From Catajapyx aquilonaris (taxonomy: Eukaryota), in assembly GCA_000934665.2 (NCBI GenBank), contig JYFJ02000948.1, forward strand, positions 1-64,000: DNA of 64,000 nt, read 5' to 3'. This document shows positions 48,601-61,859 of this stretch, in pieces. Under the pieces are notes generated by a model. The model worked only from the letters and a program-made list of their open reading frames with translations. It did no database searches and was not told the origin of the DNA. Numbering within the stretch: the first letter of the stretch is position 1; every line of letters begins with the position of its first letter. The position numbers and the translations under genes are program-made.

Positions 48601-51600
48601 AACCCATAAGTAATAAGAGGAAAAGCAAAACTTCGGGATACCCCCAGCAAGCTCCTTGTAACGTGTATCTATAGGAAGTTGCTTCGAAGCATAAATGCGA
48701 TTTCTAATTTAGCGAGCGTTCGGAAGTTTTGGGAAACAATAGGGTGGATGCGACGAGGCTGAAAGCTATTGAGGAAGATCTAATTTGCCTAAAATAAATT
48801 CGCACATTGCGATACGAGAATTTCCCGCGATCCCACGCATATGCTAATCTCAAATTTTTCTGTGGTTAGTATGACCACGTGGAGCTAGGCCTAGCTAGGC
48901 CTGTAGCCTCTGCTCTTCTAACATTCCTGCATAACGAGCCAATGATGTCGTCTACGTGCACCCTTTTTGCTTCAAACGCGCTTCAAACTCTACAAAGAAC
49001 CTACAAAGTTTTACCTATTTCTTAGAGCGGTCACGTATTTGCCAACTTCAAGTTCCTGACAAGAATTGTTTTTTTGAAGCATGAAGCGGGCCCGGATAAA
49101 TACATTCTCATGCCACGTGCGGATATATAGGTGCGTAAGAGAGTTTTAGCACCCGCTTCTCCCCCCAGAATCCCAATGTTTGCAAACAGAAGCATCAGGG
49201 CTAGAGGGTGAAGATTAAGATTTCCTTCTCGGACAGCACGTCTCAAGCCCGTCAGGAGAGTCTTCCTTATTGAACGCTGACTCTGAAGAAAAAGAAACGG
49301 GTCTGGATCCACAGCATTCACAGGAATGGGGGGGGGGAGACACGTCCTATACTGTGTCTTTTTCTTTCCGTCCCTTGTTCCTCTGGGAATTTAAGGAGGG
49401 GGAGAGGTTATTAGTGGGTCTCTCGCCGGCAGAGAAAGAGAGAGAAGGAGGCTCGAGATGGCCCCCTAATGAATCCTGTCCGGGGGATGCTGCTCCACAG
49501 TGTCTGGGTCTTCTCGGTTAATGTCGCGGCCACGATATTGTCTCGGGGTGGATTGGGCGTGAAAATGGCACCAGGGAATAATGGGGATTTAAAACTGGAG
49601 GAATTCGCTTCTTGAAGGTTGAACACATTTCTCGTGTTGGAAGTGGGCTTTCACTCTCCATCTGCCCAATTGAAATAATGCACAATGTTTTTTGAGCGGA
49701 ATTATATGGTTCAATTCATTTGAGTCATTCCACTGTAATGGACGGGACAAAATTAATGGATTTTGCCTTTTCAAATATTAATTATGTAGGTGTCAAAGTG
49801 TTTTCGAATGTTATGTAACATTGCAACAGCAACATAGTAACGATGTTAAGATTTATAAAACATCAGATGTTGATAATTTATGTTTTAACATGGTGATTTA
49901 ATTACATTTAATCGTGTAACGGACGGAACAGGAAATGGACATGCATACGAATTGTAGCACACATAAAGCAAAACTATGTCATCTTGAACATTTCAGAAAT
50001 AAATTTTTCTGTATGTTGTAGAAGACTTATCACATCAACAAAAGAGGTTTATTCCATATTAAGTTGTTGCATATAATTGGTGGAGTGATAATTAATCTGC
50101 ATAACGGATGGAACAAAGCATATTTAACTGACCCGACATTTTTGTCCTTGGATTAAAATGTGTTAAGAGAATGGGTCTGAAGTAAGCATTTATATATTCT
50201 TCATGAAGGTCATTCCGCAGAAACACCGACATTTTGGTTGACACGAGAGTTTGAAAAGAAAAGAAAAATGCTTTTAAAACTTCACCTTTCACCAAAATGT
50301 CCCTTTTCGCGTGGAATGACCTATTTGACATATTTTTCGTGCTGAGGTGATTAAATGAGTTGCTCAAATTGACCAAAAATACTTAAAAAATTGACTTCTC
50401 TAATTTAATCGATTACATCAGTTTGGAGAATGTAGAACAAGGTGCTAATGCAAGTGTACCACGAGTTAAAATTACTGCTATTGAGATGAAAATTGCAGAA
50501 TATAAATTAAAACTGTTGTCACTGAAACATTAATGTACAATTCGTGGCTTCAATGAATGGATACCACAAATTATCTTGCACTGATTGTCTACACCTGAAA
50601 TAGTTATTTCCCCCCTTAGAACTGGCTCAATCAATAAATCGTTTCTTCCATTTACTTGGTACAAAGCTAGAAAATTGCTCAAAGACCTGCCTAATTGATA
50701 CAGTCGAGGGGGAAACCACACAAAAGCACTGGTCACTATTTTAAGTGAATAAAGAGTGAAATTGAAAACGTATATGATGCTATGGCGCCATACGATTTGA
50801 AGCTAAGGTGTTAAGCAACTTCCCTTAATCGCAGTGTGGAGAGATGTATGGCTCGTGACAATCGGGCACAGATGACCTATTTCCAGTCATGCCGAAATTG
50901 CCTTCCTTCAATTCATTTCCTGCACAACCTGATACCGTTCGCATTGCTTTTCCGCCAATTTTCCTCCAGGTAATTTTACTCCCCAATCTACCTGGGCCCA
51001 GGAAAGCGAATACAGAATTAGGCGCTAATTTGCGAAACTTGTAACCCAAGAAAGTGGGATAATCCACAGCCCTTCAAGGACCGCACGATGAAGGATTTCG
51101 TTTCATGCTAATTTTCTCCTAGCTTCCCCGGAACATTCCCGGAAAACCCTGCAGCAAAAGGGATAGAGAGAGAAAGACGTCACTTCTCCGCCGGAATGTG
51201 TGCCCGGAATTCTTTGCCCTACAGTGTAATGCAGCTACTCGAAAATCTTCAGGGTAAAAGGGACCTCCTCGGGAGCTAGAAATGCAGCATCTGTGCAGAA
51301 CCTGGCCTGAAGCGATAGTCTCCAAAAAATCTTTGTCATTATGCTGGTGACAGAGCCATTAGTCTCCTGTCACATTTTCCCTTCCACAGACTGTTTTCTT
51401 CAGTTTCATTTCGCAAAAAGGAGTCAGAGGTTACTAAATCTGCTATAAAGCGCTATTAAGCTGCTTACATTTACTGAAAGTCTGAAATAATTAAGCCGTC
51501 AGATTCCATCTTGCTGGGGACCATCTTTTTTTTTTTTTTGGAAGGAAAAAGGCTGAGGCCAAATAAGTTAGGAGTGGCTTAGTAGCAGACCCCTCCTGGC

Positions 51601-52329
51601 CTTCCATCGTTTGGAAGTAAATTGGTTCTTTCCGGAGGCATTTTCCGTAAAAGAGGTTTTTCCATATTCCGCCACGTGTGAAGTGAGAGTGGAATTTAAG
51701 GCGCGCAGACGAAAAATGTGGAAGATCCCCTCTCGCTCATCTTTTTACCAGATGTGTCTTTGACCTCGGCGTATTGATTCATGGTCGAAGAAGAGAGTGG
51801 TCCTAGATCCTATTGGAAATATTGCCCATCTTCCCCCCCCCCCCCNCCTTTCGATTCTAGCCAAGTTGCCTCCTGACACCTGGAATCCCATTGTTGACTT
51901 GTATATGCGCGGGTGAAAAATTTGCCAATCGCCCCTCGACCCCACCTCCTTCTCCTTCGCTAGCTATCAATTCTATCGGAGGGCATGTATTTTTTTTTGT
52001 GTGGATAGGTCCAAATCGAAATCCGTCCCCAAGACGGAGGGTAACATTTATATTTATGAGCTTTGCCGCTCCTCGTTTTTCTGCAGTCATTTCTGGAAAT
52101 ATGTTCTAGGTATCTGCAATAACTGCGGCGTATAAAAATGGTGTCATCCCCCAAGGCTTAAGTGGTTCTCACTTGTCACAATTTGTCCAGGAATTAGTTG
52201 TGCCAGGCCTGTACTTACTTGGACCTAGTTTTGTACACACTCATATATTTGGAGTAAAAAAAATCAAATCAAAAACAACGCTACCATCTCGACAAATTTT
52301 TGGAAAAAAAATTGCGTTTGTGCAATAAT

Positions 52330-52658
52330 TACATTGTAAACCGCATCACTGGTGAGTCCCCCATGGAGCATCAATTTTTAATGCTCTCTTAATACTCTTT
52401 TAATGTTTTAGTTGCTTTTTAGCAACAGAAAGTATTACAAGAGCATTACATCATCAAAGCATTAAAAGATTATCACTATTGACTCATGGAACATCAATAA
52501 TTGTTCATGCTTTTTAATGCTCTTGTGGTGCTCCTGTAATGTTTTTGATGCTTTTTAGCAACAAAAAAACATTAAAAGAGCATCACTGGCGAATCTCACA
52601 TTTTAATGCTCTTTTGATCATCTTTTAATGCTTTTTGGCGCTTTGCGGTTTACACTGT
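52330..52658. mobile_element. Second copy of the MITE family seen at 5807-6188
   Basis: Ends tacattgtaaaccgc ... gcggtttacactgta. Shared internal modules catcactggtgagtc, catggaacatcaat, ttttagcaacaaaaaa and attaaaagagcatcac. Confidence 0.75.
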
Positions 52659-53640
52659 AGGTCATTTATTTTAAATTTATTGCACCTCTAATAAGAGTCC
52701 CCAAATAAGGCCACATGGCAACCTGATCTGAAAAAAGTGGCAAATGCCAAATTGGAAGTGGAATGAGAGCCGGTGGTGTATCCTTAGGGAGCAAGCATGG
52801 AGGCGGGTATAGTGGCGATAGTCGTAGACATCAGGAGCGTGGCGCCACTCAGACGCCTATCTCTCTAGTCGCCCGGTAATTGGGGGGTGGGAATAGGGGG
52901 AAAGATGTCCCCCCCTCCTGCCCTCACAATGGAGGCCTTGATTGCTCCCACGGGACACGCCCCACCTCAATCGTCACCAACACTTCTTTTTTTTACCTAT
53001 GACGTCACTTCCTTAGGTCGCAGCCGGGGGGGTCACCTGCGTGACCTACGAGCCTCCTTTGTGCAAAGTAATCATGATGGACCGGAAGCGGTGGGAGGAG
53101 TCCCTCGACATTGTTGATGGGCGGAGGAGAAAAGGGTCATCCGCATCTAATAAACATCCTTCGTTCGTTGGAGGGGGGGAAAAAGTCTAGATCCAACCCG
53201 GACGGTCTTTCTCTTTATTTCCCTTGGCGGTGTGTGCAGTAGTCCTCGTATTTTCTCCAGCTTTGCAACGGGGTCAGGTCTAGTTGGACACAGTTTGACG
53301 ATACCAGTGTCTCCCAAGGGCATGCCTGGGGTTTACCAGACGTCATCTTGTGAACTCTATTAAAGTCTGCAGTATACAGCGCAGGTGAGACCTGGCTGTA
53401 CTACATAAGGAGATAAGCATTGAACTTTACATATTTAGTGACAATACAAAAATATATAACAGTGTCAAAAATTGCAGAAAATAATTGTAATTTTTGTTCC
53501 TAATAATTATTTCCAAGCGAAAAGGCACGACAAACGTCATAACTTCTGAGCTGCTGCATATCTGATCATATAAATCAAGTTGATTAATATTTCGTTCATG
53601 CGAGATTACATTTTAGGGTTGGGCAAATCGCAGCCTTGTA

Positions 53641-53717
53641 CAGGGTGTTCAAATTAGCTTCTAATATTAAGTCGAATAAAAAATAAGCAGCATAGTGGCC
53701 AAAATAGGAACACCCTG
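53641..53717. mobile_element. Very small Tc1/mariner-type MITE remnant
   Basis: TA-cagggtgttc ... gaacaccctg-TA, 77 bp between the TA flanks. Confidence 0.55.
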
Positions 53718-56700
53718 TATTTTTGTGCTGGACTGTGCTCGAGCTCTTTCGACAGTGACATTGTGCAAGAGGTGTGAGAGCAGTGGGAATTAACCCCCAT
53801 TCTGTACCGAGAGAATACACAACAGGGCTCTGACACTGTTTGCACACGTAAGAGGAGGAGGAGAGTGGGGACTGGTGGGGGGGTGCTTATGGCCTGTGGA
53901 GAGTTTCGCTTGTGGGCCTCTCTCTTCTATATCCCCCCCTGTTAGTTAGGATACTAGCATAAATTGAAGATGACATTGTGTGGAAATAGGTGATGCTCGT
54001 GTAACCCTCCCGCTAAACGGCGCTTTACATGCTAATCCATACCGTGGAAGTCAACAAAGCTGGAGACAAACGACAGGCTCTTCAACAATAATGCGAGGGC
54101 TTTTGAAGATGCTTTTGGGCCAGGGGTGGCTGACATTTTTGTATATGAAAAAAATATTATGTGTGCACCTTGAGGGCTGATGCAGCAGTTCCTCTCGAGT
54201 GCATTCATGTCCACTGTTGGAGATGAGAGCATTAGGGCGTAGACCTTAAGGGAGGATTGGCCTCCAGAATTTTTGGTGGAAGCACCCACTTCTGGCTTTT
54301 GGTGCGTGTGAGACGAATATAGCAGGTAGCACGGGGTCAGTCCAGCTGGACGGTGCACTAATTACCTCTGGTGCTGGGTTGGAGCAACACACACAAAAAA
54401 AGGTTGGAGGAATGATTAGTGGGAACCAGAGGTGTGGAAGTTTGCGTTCTCAGGGATGCTCACTCTTGCAAGGCTGACTCGACTGGGTGGTGGTGCTGGA
54501 TGGGCTCAGTGTAGTAGTTTTTTTTGCGTGTGCTGTGCGTTGTGTGATGTGCGGTGATTAGTGGTGGGAGTTTGTGCCCGGTTGTACGAGTTGCTGTTGG
54601 GAAAATACTGTGGTGAGATACTCAGTTTGTTGTGTCTGTGTTTTTTTTTAGGTTATTCAGTTGCACGTTTTTGAATAATAGGTCTGCACGTGTTAGTACA
54701 CACGATTAAGGAAGGGTAGGTCACGTCCGAATTTTAGTGACTTATATTACCGATTCCAACTAGCCTGTAAATCAGCTCGCATCTGACAATATTTCAAAGG
54801 TTCTGGCCGAAAATGGATAATTTGTGTAACCAAGTTGCCTGCTTCTCAACTTTTAGTAAAACCCTTTATTAGTAGTAATTCACACGTAACGTAATATAGA
54901 TACAGTAGGGTATTATCTTCAAGAATTTACTGCTCTGGCACACAAAAAAGTGCGTCATGGTAGACAACATTTCGCTGGATCTTCAGTAGTTTTTTTCCCC
55001 TCCATTCCACGAAATTGCTGGCACATGAGGGGGGCGTACTAGGAAAAGCAGTCGAAATTTTTGTGACATCATAATTAAGATAATTATTTTAGTGTCTCAC
55101 ACAGCCATATAGCCTACAGCCATGTGCCATTCCCAGCTATAAGAGAGGAGGGCCAAGCTGTCAGGCAAAGCTGTGTGTCTGAAACATGTTCAGACAGCTG
55201 GACAGGTTGTGATAAATTATTGGTGTCTTTAATAAAATGACGCTGAAAAACAAGCCTATGTTTTGATAAAATCTGGACCGCCCAGACACGCTAACGTAAT
55301 AGTCAGGCTCGGTATGATATTATCAAAAAATCAGAGAAAATTATTATTAAATTTGGTAGGTGTTTGCAATGCATACGAGTATTTTGGATTATCTTTTAAT
55401 TTATGTTGATGCAACAGGCTTAACCTTAACATACCAAAAATATGGAACACAAAGGAATAAATAAACAGTTATTTATAGAGACAGTGGAAATTGCAATTTA
55501 TTAAAAGTAGCGCAATTGATCTGAAATTAATGTAAAATAGTTAATGACCTCATTTTAACAATTACTTTGTTCATTCTAACATTTTCCACTGTTTGTAGTT
55601 ATTTATATATTTGCACTTTGAACCTTAAAGCAGCCTTAGGTGTTAGGTGTAAAGTTGAGTGACTTGAATTTAATAAACAATTTATCCCTAAGCCTGTAAT
55701 CATACCTGGTTTAGTCCATTTCACGTCAGGTCTGTATATTTTGTATGAGACTTTGAAATATTTTAGTACCGGGGAGGTCATGTGCCACGAGAAATTTTTA
55801 TGAGCTCGGTTTTTTTCCCGCACTAGGGATAGAGAAGGAGGGGGGGGGGGACGAGCATTGATTATGTTCTAAGGCATTCAACTTTTAATTACTAGCGACA
55901 AGTTGGGAGCTCGGTGCGGTGATGTCAAATTAGCTAATGCGTTACGGACTGTTTCAGTAGCTGTGAATGCGTAAAATGCTTGAAATGCTTTTCGAAGCAT
56001 TCAGATAACGGTTAGTTAGCTTCTGGAGCAAAATGCGGCTCTGGCAGCAATTCCACCAACCATGATTAAAATTTTGCGCCTGGTATTATCTCCGCTGCCA
56101 CGATTTTGGATAAAACAAAAAAAAAACGGGTCGTGTGAACGAAAAAGAGCGCATCTGGCATATGAAAAATTTCCACTTGCATCGTACTCTACCCCTAAAA
56201 AAAAGTGTAACGACGGTGCATATCAGCGGTTCGTAGTTATAAACTGAGGAGCAGTGACCCTTTTCTTCACCGGCTACCATGTGTGACCATGTTTCCTGGT
56301 AGTACACAAGATCTGATGGAGTCGCTTCGACTGCAGCATATCCGAAACCGGTACTGATGCCACATTTTATTTTAGAGGGGAAAAAAAAGTTTTTGCTATT
56401 TATTGCATTTTTGGTTGTGGAACCTGAAATGTCTCTCGGGGGGGTCCAAAAGTCAATATTGCAGCTTTTTGGGGTATCTACTTCATACACACGGTGCATC
56501 TTCGGCTTTGGCGGATTTCACTCTGGAAGAAGCGCTTCCTAATGACATGGCGCGGTTGGCGAATGTTAAGCAGACAACATTTTTTCTCTCTCTCTTCGTC
56601 TCCACGTCTTTTCCTCCTGAAGGAATAGAAAAAGAGGCCTGATGCTATAGGTCGAGGTGGAAATCGAGTGTTTCGCGATGGGGGAAGGAGAATCCGCAGA

Positions 56701-59700
56701 ACGTGGCACAAAGTCGGGTGCGATCAAAAGTTTTTTTTTCTTTCTCTGAGATATCGGTATTTTGGTATGCTGGTCTGCTTTTCCTTCTGCTACTGCTTGG
56801 GGGAAGACTTAGAGCCGAGGGAGGGCGTCGATTGGCTGAGTGTGCATTTGGATAGAAATCAGGCGACTTTTGGCCTATTTTCTGAGCTGTCCAGATCGTG
56901 TGTGCAATTTTTTTGAACGCAGCAAATTGTACGCCTGGTGAAGAAATGTTGCGTCGTACACGTGTTTCCGCAGCCGTTGGCGGTACGAAACGACACGTTT
57001 TTTTGTAGGGCATGTCCGCACCCGGAGAGCAAGGAAAGGCCATTTCGGAAGAATATTGGTCGTAACAGGCTGTTGGGGGCTGCACAAGAGGGGGGTCTAA
57101 CCAACCACGTAATACAAGAGGCTATATGCTGACAAAAGATGAAAAAAAAAGCTGGCAAAAAGACGTCGAAATATTCGATTCAAGTCCTCCACTTTTGGGC
57201 CTGTCCTTTTATGCAAACGTTATTCTCAAAAGCATCAGGCCATGAAATTTGAGAATTTGGCCCACCTTTTTTGACTCACCAATTTTTTTTTACGGTGCCG
57301 GTAGCCTACTTTTATCCGCCCTCTTGCTGTCTTCTCAAATCCGCGTGACCTTTTTCTTTTTCTTATTTTTCTGGTTTGGGATGAATTTGCAAACGGGTCA
57401 TGTAACGCCAGTGCTTCGAAGCGAGGAGACGTCGACTTTGGGCCCGCTCGACTCCACGTTCTTAACGTTGGATGCGCCAGAGCGTACCGTTTTCTTGTTG
57501 TTCTTCAAGTCGCGGTGATCGATTTGTATCTGTCAAGTCGCGGGGACTCCCCGGTTGACAAATCGTGGGATTCGCCCGCGGAAGAGGAGGAAATCATGGC
57601 AATTTCTCGGAGACGTAATGGTTTGCCTCGTGATGTCCCCGCATGATCAATTACAGACGCCAAACCGAGTCACAAATGATGGATTATTTTCTGCTGCGCA
57701 TGCGCACAGCACATCTACCGGTTGGAAATAACATTTAATTTAATTTTTAAAAACAATTTAATATTTGTGTTAAAATGTGCTGTTCTTCCCACATTTTGTT
57801 TGCTCCTCCCTATGTAAGCACCTACGGTTAACCCAGCTCGTCAACATCACCGCCGTACATGATAATAACGGCACATTTTGGCGGCCAACCCCCTGGTTCC
57901 GCATGGAGCACGTAAAAGGGTTTTACAGCCTGATCATGTTTGTGCTCCAAAATCGATGGGGCTCTATTCAGGAATTGGAAGCGATCTAGTGGGAAGCAAA
58001 CCATTATGGGCCCACCAGTTCCTACCAAACTTACCACCTAAAGCTTGTAATACCTGAACTCTTTTTTCTTTTTTTCAAGAAAAAAAAGGGGGTAGGTTTT
58101 TTTCTCAGAAAACAAATTGCAAGCCCCCTTTTATTCGCCATCAAATAGCCGTCGACGCGCCTTCGACCCCATACCCCAGCCCCGCCTGCGGACTTTTACG
58201 ACTTTGACCTATTGATCTGCTTCATTCCAATGTACGAGAAAACTCAGGGAAGAGGAAAATTTCATAACTCTCATCCGGTGTCTGACAGACAGCCCGGCTG
58301 AGAAAGTGCATAAGATGTCATTCACTCTCCGTTGGAACGGAGGAAAGCCCTCCAGCTCCTTTATTGTGGTAGGTCCGGATCAGAGATAAGAAACATTTCT
58401 GTACACTGCTGTTGACTCACCCTGTAGGCATATACATGAACTTATATGTAGGGAAATTCAGCAGTATGTTTTGGTTTACGGAAAAGTCAGTGCGACATGT
58501 CTCTTCCTCCTTGGTTCCGACTTTTAAACACCGGAAAATGGTGAAATCTGTCCAACCCAAGTGCGATTTATAGCCTATAAAAAGAGAGGTAATGTACCGC
58601 GCAACACGAAACAGCGCTATCGGAAGAGCACTAAAATAAATTCCCTATATAGTTTCAAATGGGAGTTTCTTACGATCCACCGTGTGCCTTGAGAGGAGGA
58701 AGCATCAAGATTCGCACACATTAATTATTGGGAAATTGCGTCCTGGATTAAAGCACACCGAGTTAAAGGAATGAACCAATTTGTATGCGGAACTCGAGCA
58801 GTTCCTTTTTTTTCTCCAACGATTCTGCAGGAAACGGACCGCAGATTTTGGTCGTAGTTCGATCCTATTGAATATCCTTCTGCTGACACAGGTCGGAAAC
58901 TGAGGGAAAATTCTAGCCTCGACTATTAATTTGTCGTCCATGGTTTCCTCCGTCTGTGGTGCAATATGCGACCTGCGACAGAATTGTTCGTGTGCAGGAT
59001 TCGTAGAACCTGTTTCTTTACCATGCAGAACCGGATTCCGACCTGAATGCTACACGTTGCTTCATCCATTAGGGTCATGACATTCTTGATATCTTGTCAC
59101 CTCATTCCATCCACAGCTAATAAACTCCTAATGGAGATTTAGCAGATCCTTAATGTTCTCCTGGGTATTAAATCGGTTTCAGATGTTTCTAACCCCCCCT
59201 GCTCTTTCCTCAACTACAGTCAAGCGGTTACCACCCCATTAATACTGGCACACCGGATTACCCTAGTAACCATATCTATAAAGGTCCTTCAGGACACATT
59301 TCAACGTATAAAAGCGCTCTTTGGTGCTCGGAGCATCGCCTAGACACATGAACTGTACTCCACTGTCGACGAGCATTGTTTCGCACTTTGAGATAGATAT
59401 GGATGTGATGCGGGGGATGCTCCCTAAAGCTAGAAGTTTCAAGACTTTGAGGTTATAGTGTGTTCAACTGCTACTGCACACAAGGGATACTTGCGATTCG
59501 CCCTATCTCTTTGAAGAAGTTGGTGACCATGGGTGAAAGTTATCTTCAGGTTATTGTAGCCATTTGTAGCATAGAAGTAGCTTAAATTTAAAATATACGT
59601 AATTATTGCATTAACAATATTGTCTCGAACTCCATAAATTCGGCCTTAATTCGTCTGACTGCTGCAAAAAAAATTAATATCATTAACTTCTGGCGTTGAG

Positions 59701-61352
59701 TGTAAATCCAGCTAATCGTAACTTTGAGCCTCGATTTAGCAAAGAGCTTGGAAGACGAGTCGTATATAGAGAGAGCATTTTAGGTGCAGCTAGGAAAGGA
59801 GATGAGGAGAGCTCGGCCTAATTTTCATCCATTTGCGCTTTTAGTGCTGCAGCTGCTATATCTTACCCATGGTTTTTGGGGATATTCGAGGGAATGGAGG
59901 GGAATGGGGGGATATACTTTCGCACGAGGCTGCCTCTGGGCCGGGGGACTTAATCTTGTTTCAGAGAGTTAAAACGCGCTGCGCAAGTGATTATAGCTTC
60001 GAACTTGGTGCGTGTATGGCGGATGGTGAACTGTAAAAAAAAGGTGTGCTTCTCGAGGGAATTTGGTAGGAAACGCAGCTCTAATGGAATTCAAAATCAT
60101 CGCTCCCAATCTGAGGTCTACACCCTGTAATCACTTTAAAGAAAATTTATGTAAAGGTATTACAACCACCGAAAAAAATGGGCGCAAATGGACAAGTTGG
60201 TTTGAAAGTAGCTCCTTTGTCTCCTGGAAAATTTTCCACGTTTGGACGCCAGTAGACGTAATTGTAGGTCCGCTTCAACCTCCCGGCAACAGCAGACAGT
60301 TTACGCTCCGAACCACACCGCAACGACCTTCATTACACGTCCATCCACTTACCTGCTTCTAGTCTCATCTCCACCCCTTCTGGCGCTATTGTCAACCCCA
60401 ATTTCACACGATGCACTGATAGCAACTCGGAGGAATAAGGGAGTGTGAAAAACTACAACGGGATCCGAGGCATCAGGACGTGTACTTGTGCCCTAGCTCT
60501 CTCTCTATAAAGGTGATTTACACCTACGATGCCGCGGTTCGGTGTAATCCTGCGATAATTTGACTCATTACGTGCTTTATGGTAATGCCCTCGCTTCTGG
60601 ACTTGTAAAGGGGCAGGCCTTATTCCCAATTCACTTGGTTGGCACGCGATGAATGCAAATTTTCAAGGGTTGGAGAAGAAGGGGGGCGTAGCTATGCTTC
60701 TGGTACAAATAATGAAGTAGTGCAGAAAACAATGCTCATTGTCAACTTTTACTTTCATTGCACGCTCCCACATTCTGTATGACGCCCTCCCAAAAAATTC
60801 GGACAATAAGAAAATGTACGGTTCACACACAACTCGAACTTCCACACCTTGACAATCCAGTGGATATATCCAGGGCCATATATCCTGCCCAAAAAATCCG
60901 ACAGGCAGAGAAATAAAGCTTCCGGGTGTCGACCGACAGCATTTGGTGGAGAAGGAAGGAGGGGTATATGGCGGCCTCTGGATAAAAAGAGAAAGAGAGA
61001 TAAAAATGAGCAGGCGAGCGGCCTCTTTGTGATGCAGTCGTCATCCTGTCTGAGATTAATCGGCTGGAGGGAAGCTGCAACATTGACGTCTCCGCAGATT
61101 CCGGGGACGAAAAAAAAACCGGAGGAAAAGGGGGGAGAACGAATACGTGAACTGTCAACTGGCCACCGTAAATGAAATTATTCCACCTGACCAACTCGCA
61201 ATTAAATCTCAGCCCGTGTCGATCCTCTTAGCCAGACACTGATTGGATTGCTCTGTTCACAATGGAATGTTTCATTATCAGCTCTTGTATAAGGGGGGAA
61301 AAATTGGTTATTCAGAATTTGGGGGTTTAACCTGTAATATTAGCAAGTGTAG

Positions 61353-61620
61353 ATGATTTTTTTACGAGCGCAACCACAAGTGCGCAACACAGTTCGAGCA
61401 GCTTACACTGTTGGCATTATTAATGATACCTTGTAAGCTCTCTAGTAAATAATTGTTGCACTTATTTCCAACGCTACGCTTGCAGGGAAACAAAATGGTC
61501 GACGTTTGCGACGTTGCCAAGGCTGCTTGTGTGAATTATGGCCCCTGAGGAGTAACTCTGTCAACGTTGTAGTCAGAACATTGCAGCTGCGCATGTGGCT
61601 GAGCACTCGTAAAAAATCAT
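61353..61620. mobile_element. Degenerate MITE-like element with inverted ends
   Basis: atgatttttttacgagcgcaaccaca..tgcgca versus tgcgcatgtggctgagcactcgtaaaaaatcat. Confidence 0.5.
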
Positions 61621-61859
61621 ATTTTTTTTTGAAACGTTACAATACCTAACTGAAATGGTCTCCCGGAACTGCCGGTTTTTGGAGCAAATAGTGTAAATTA
61701 TAGCGGATACTGCTCGTGTGTAGTGGCCCGATTAGCAAATATTCCACGGTTTGGGTAATTTACCTAGTTCTGTTTGAATTGTTAAACTAATGTTTGTTTT
61801 GCAATTTTCAGGTGTTGCAGTGCAGCTGAGCCCCCCCCTTTTTTTTTGAAAACTGAAGG

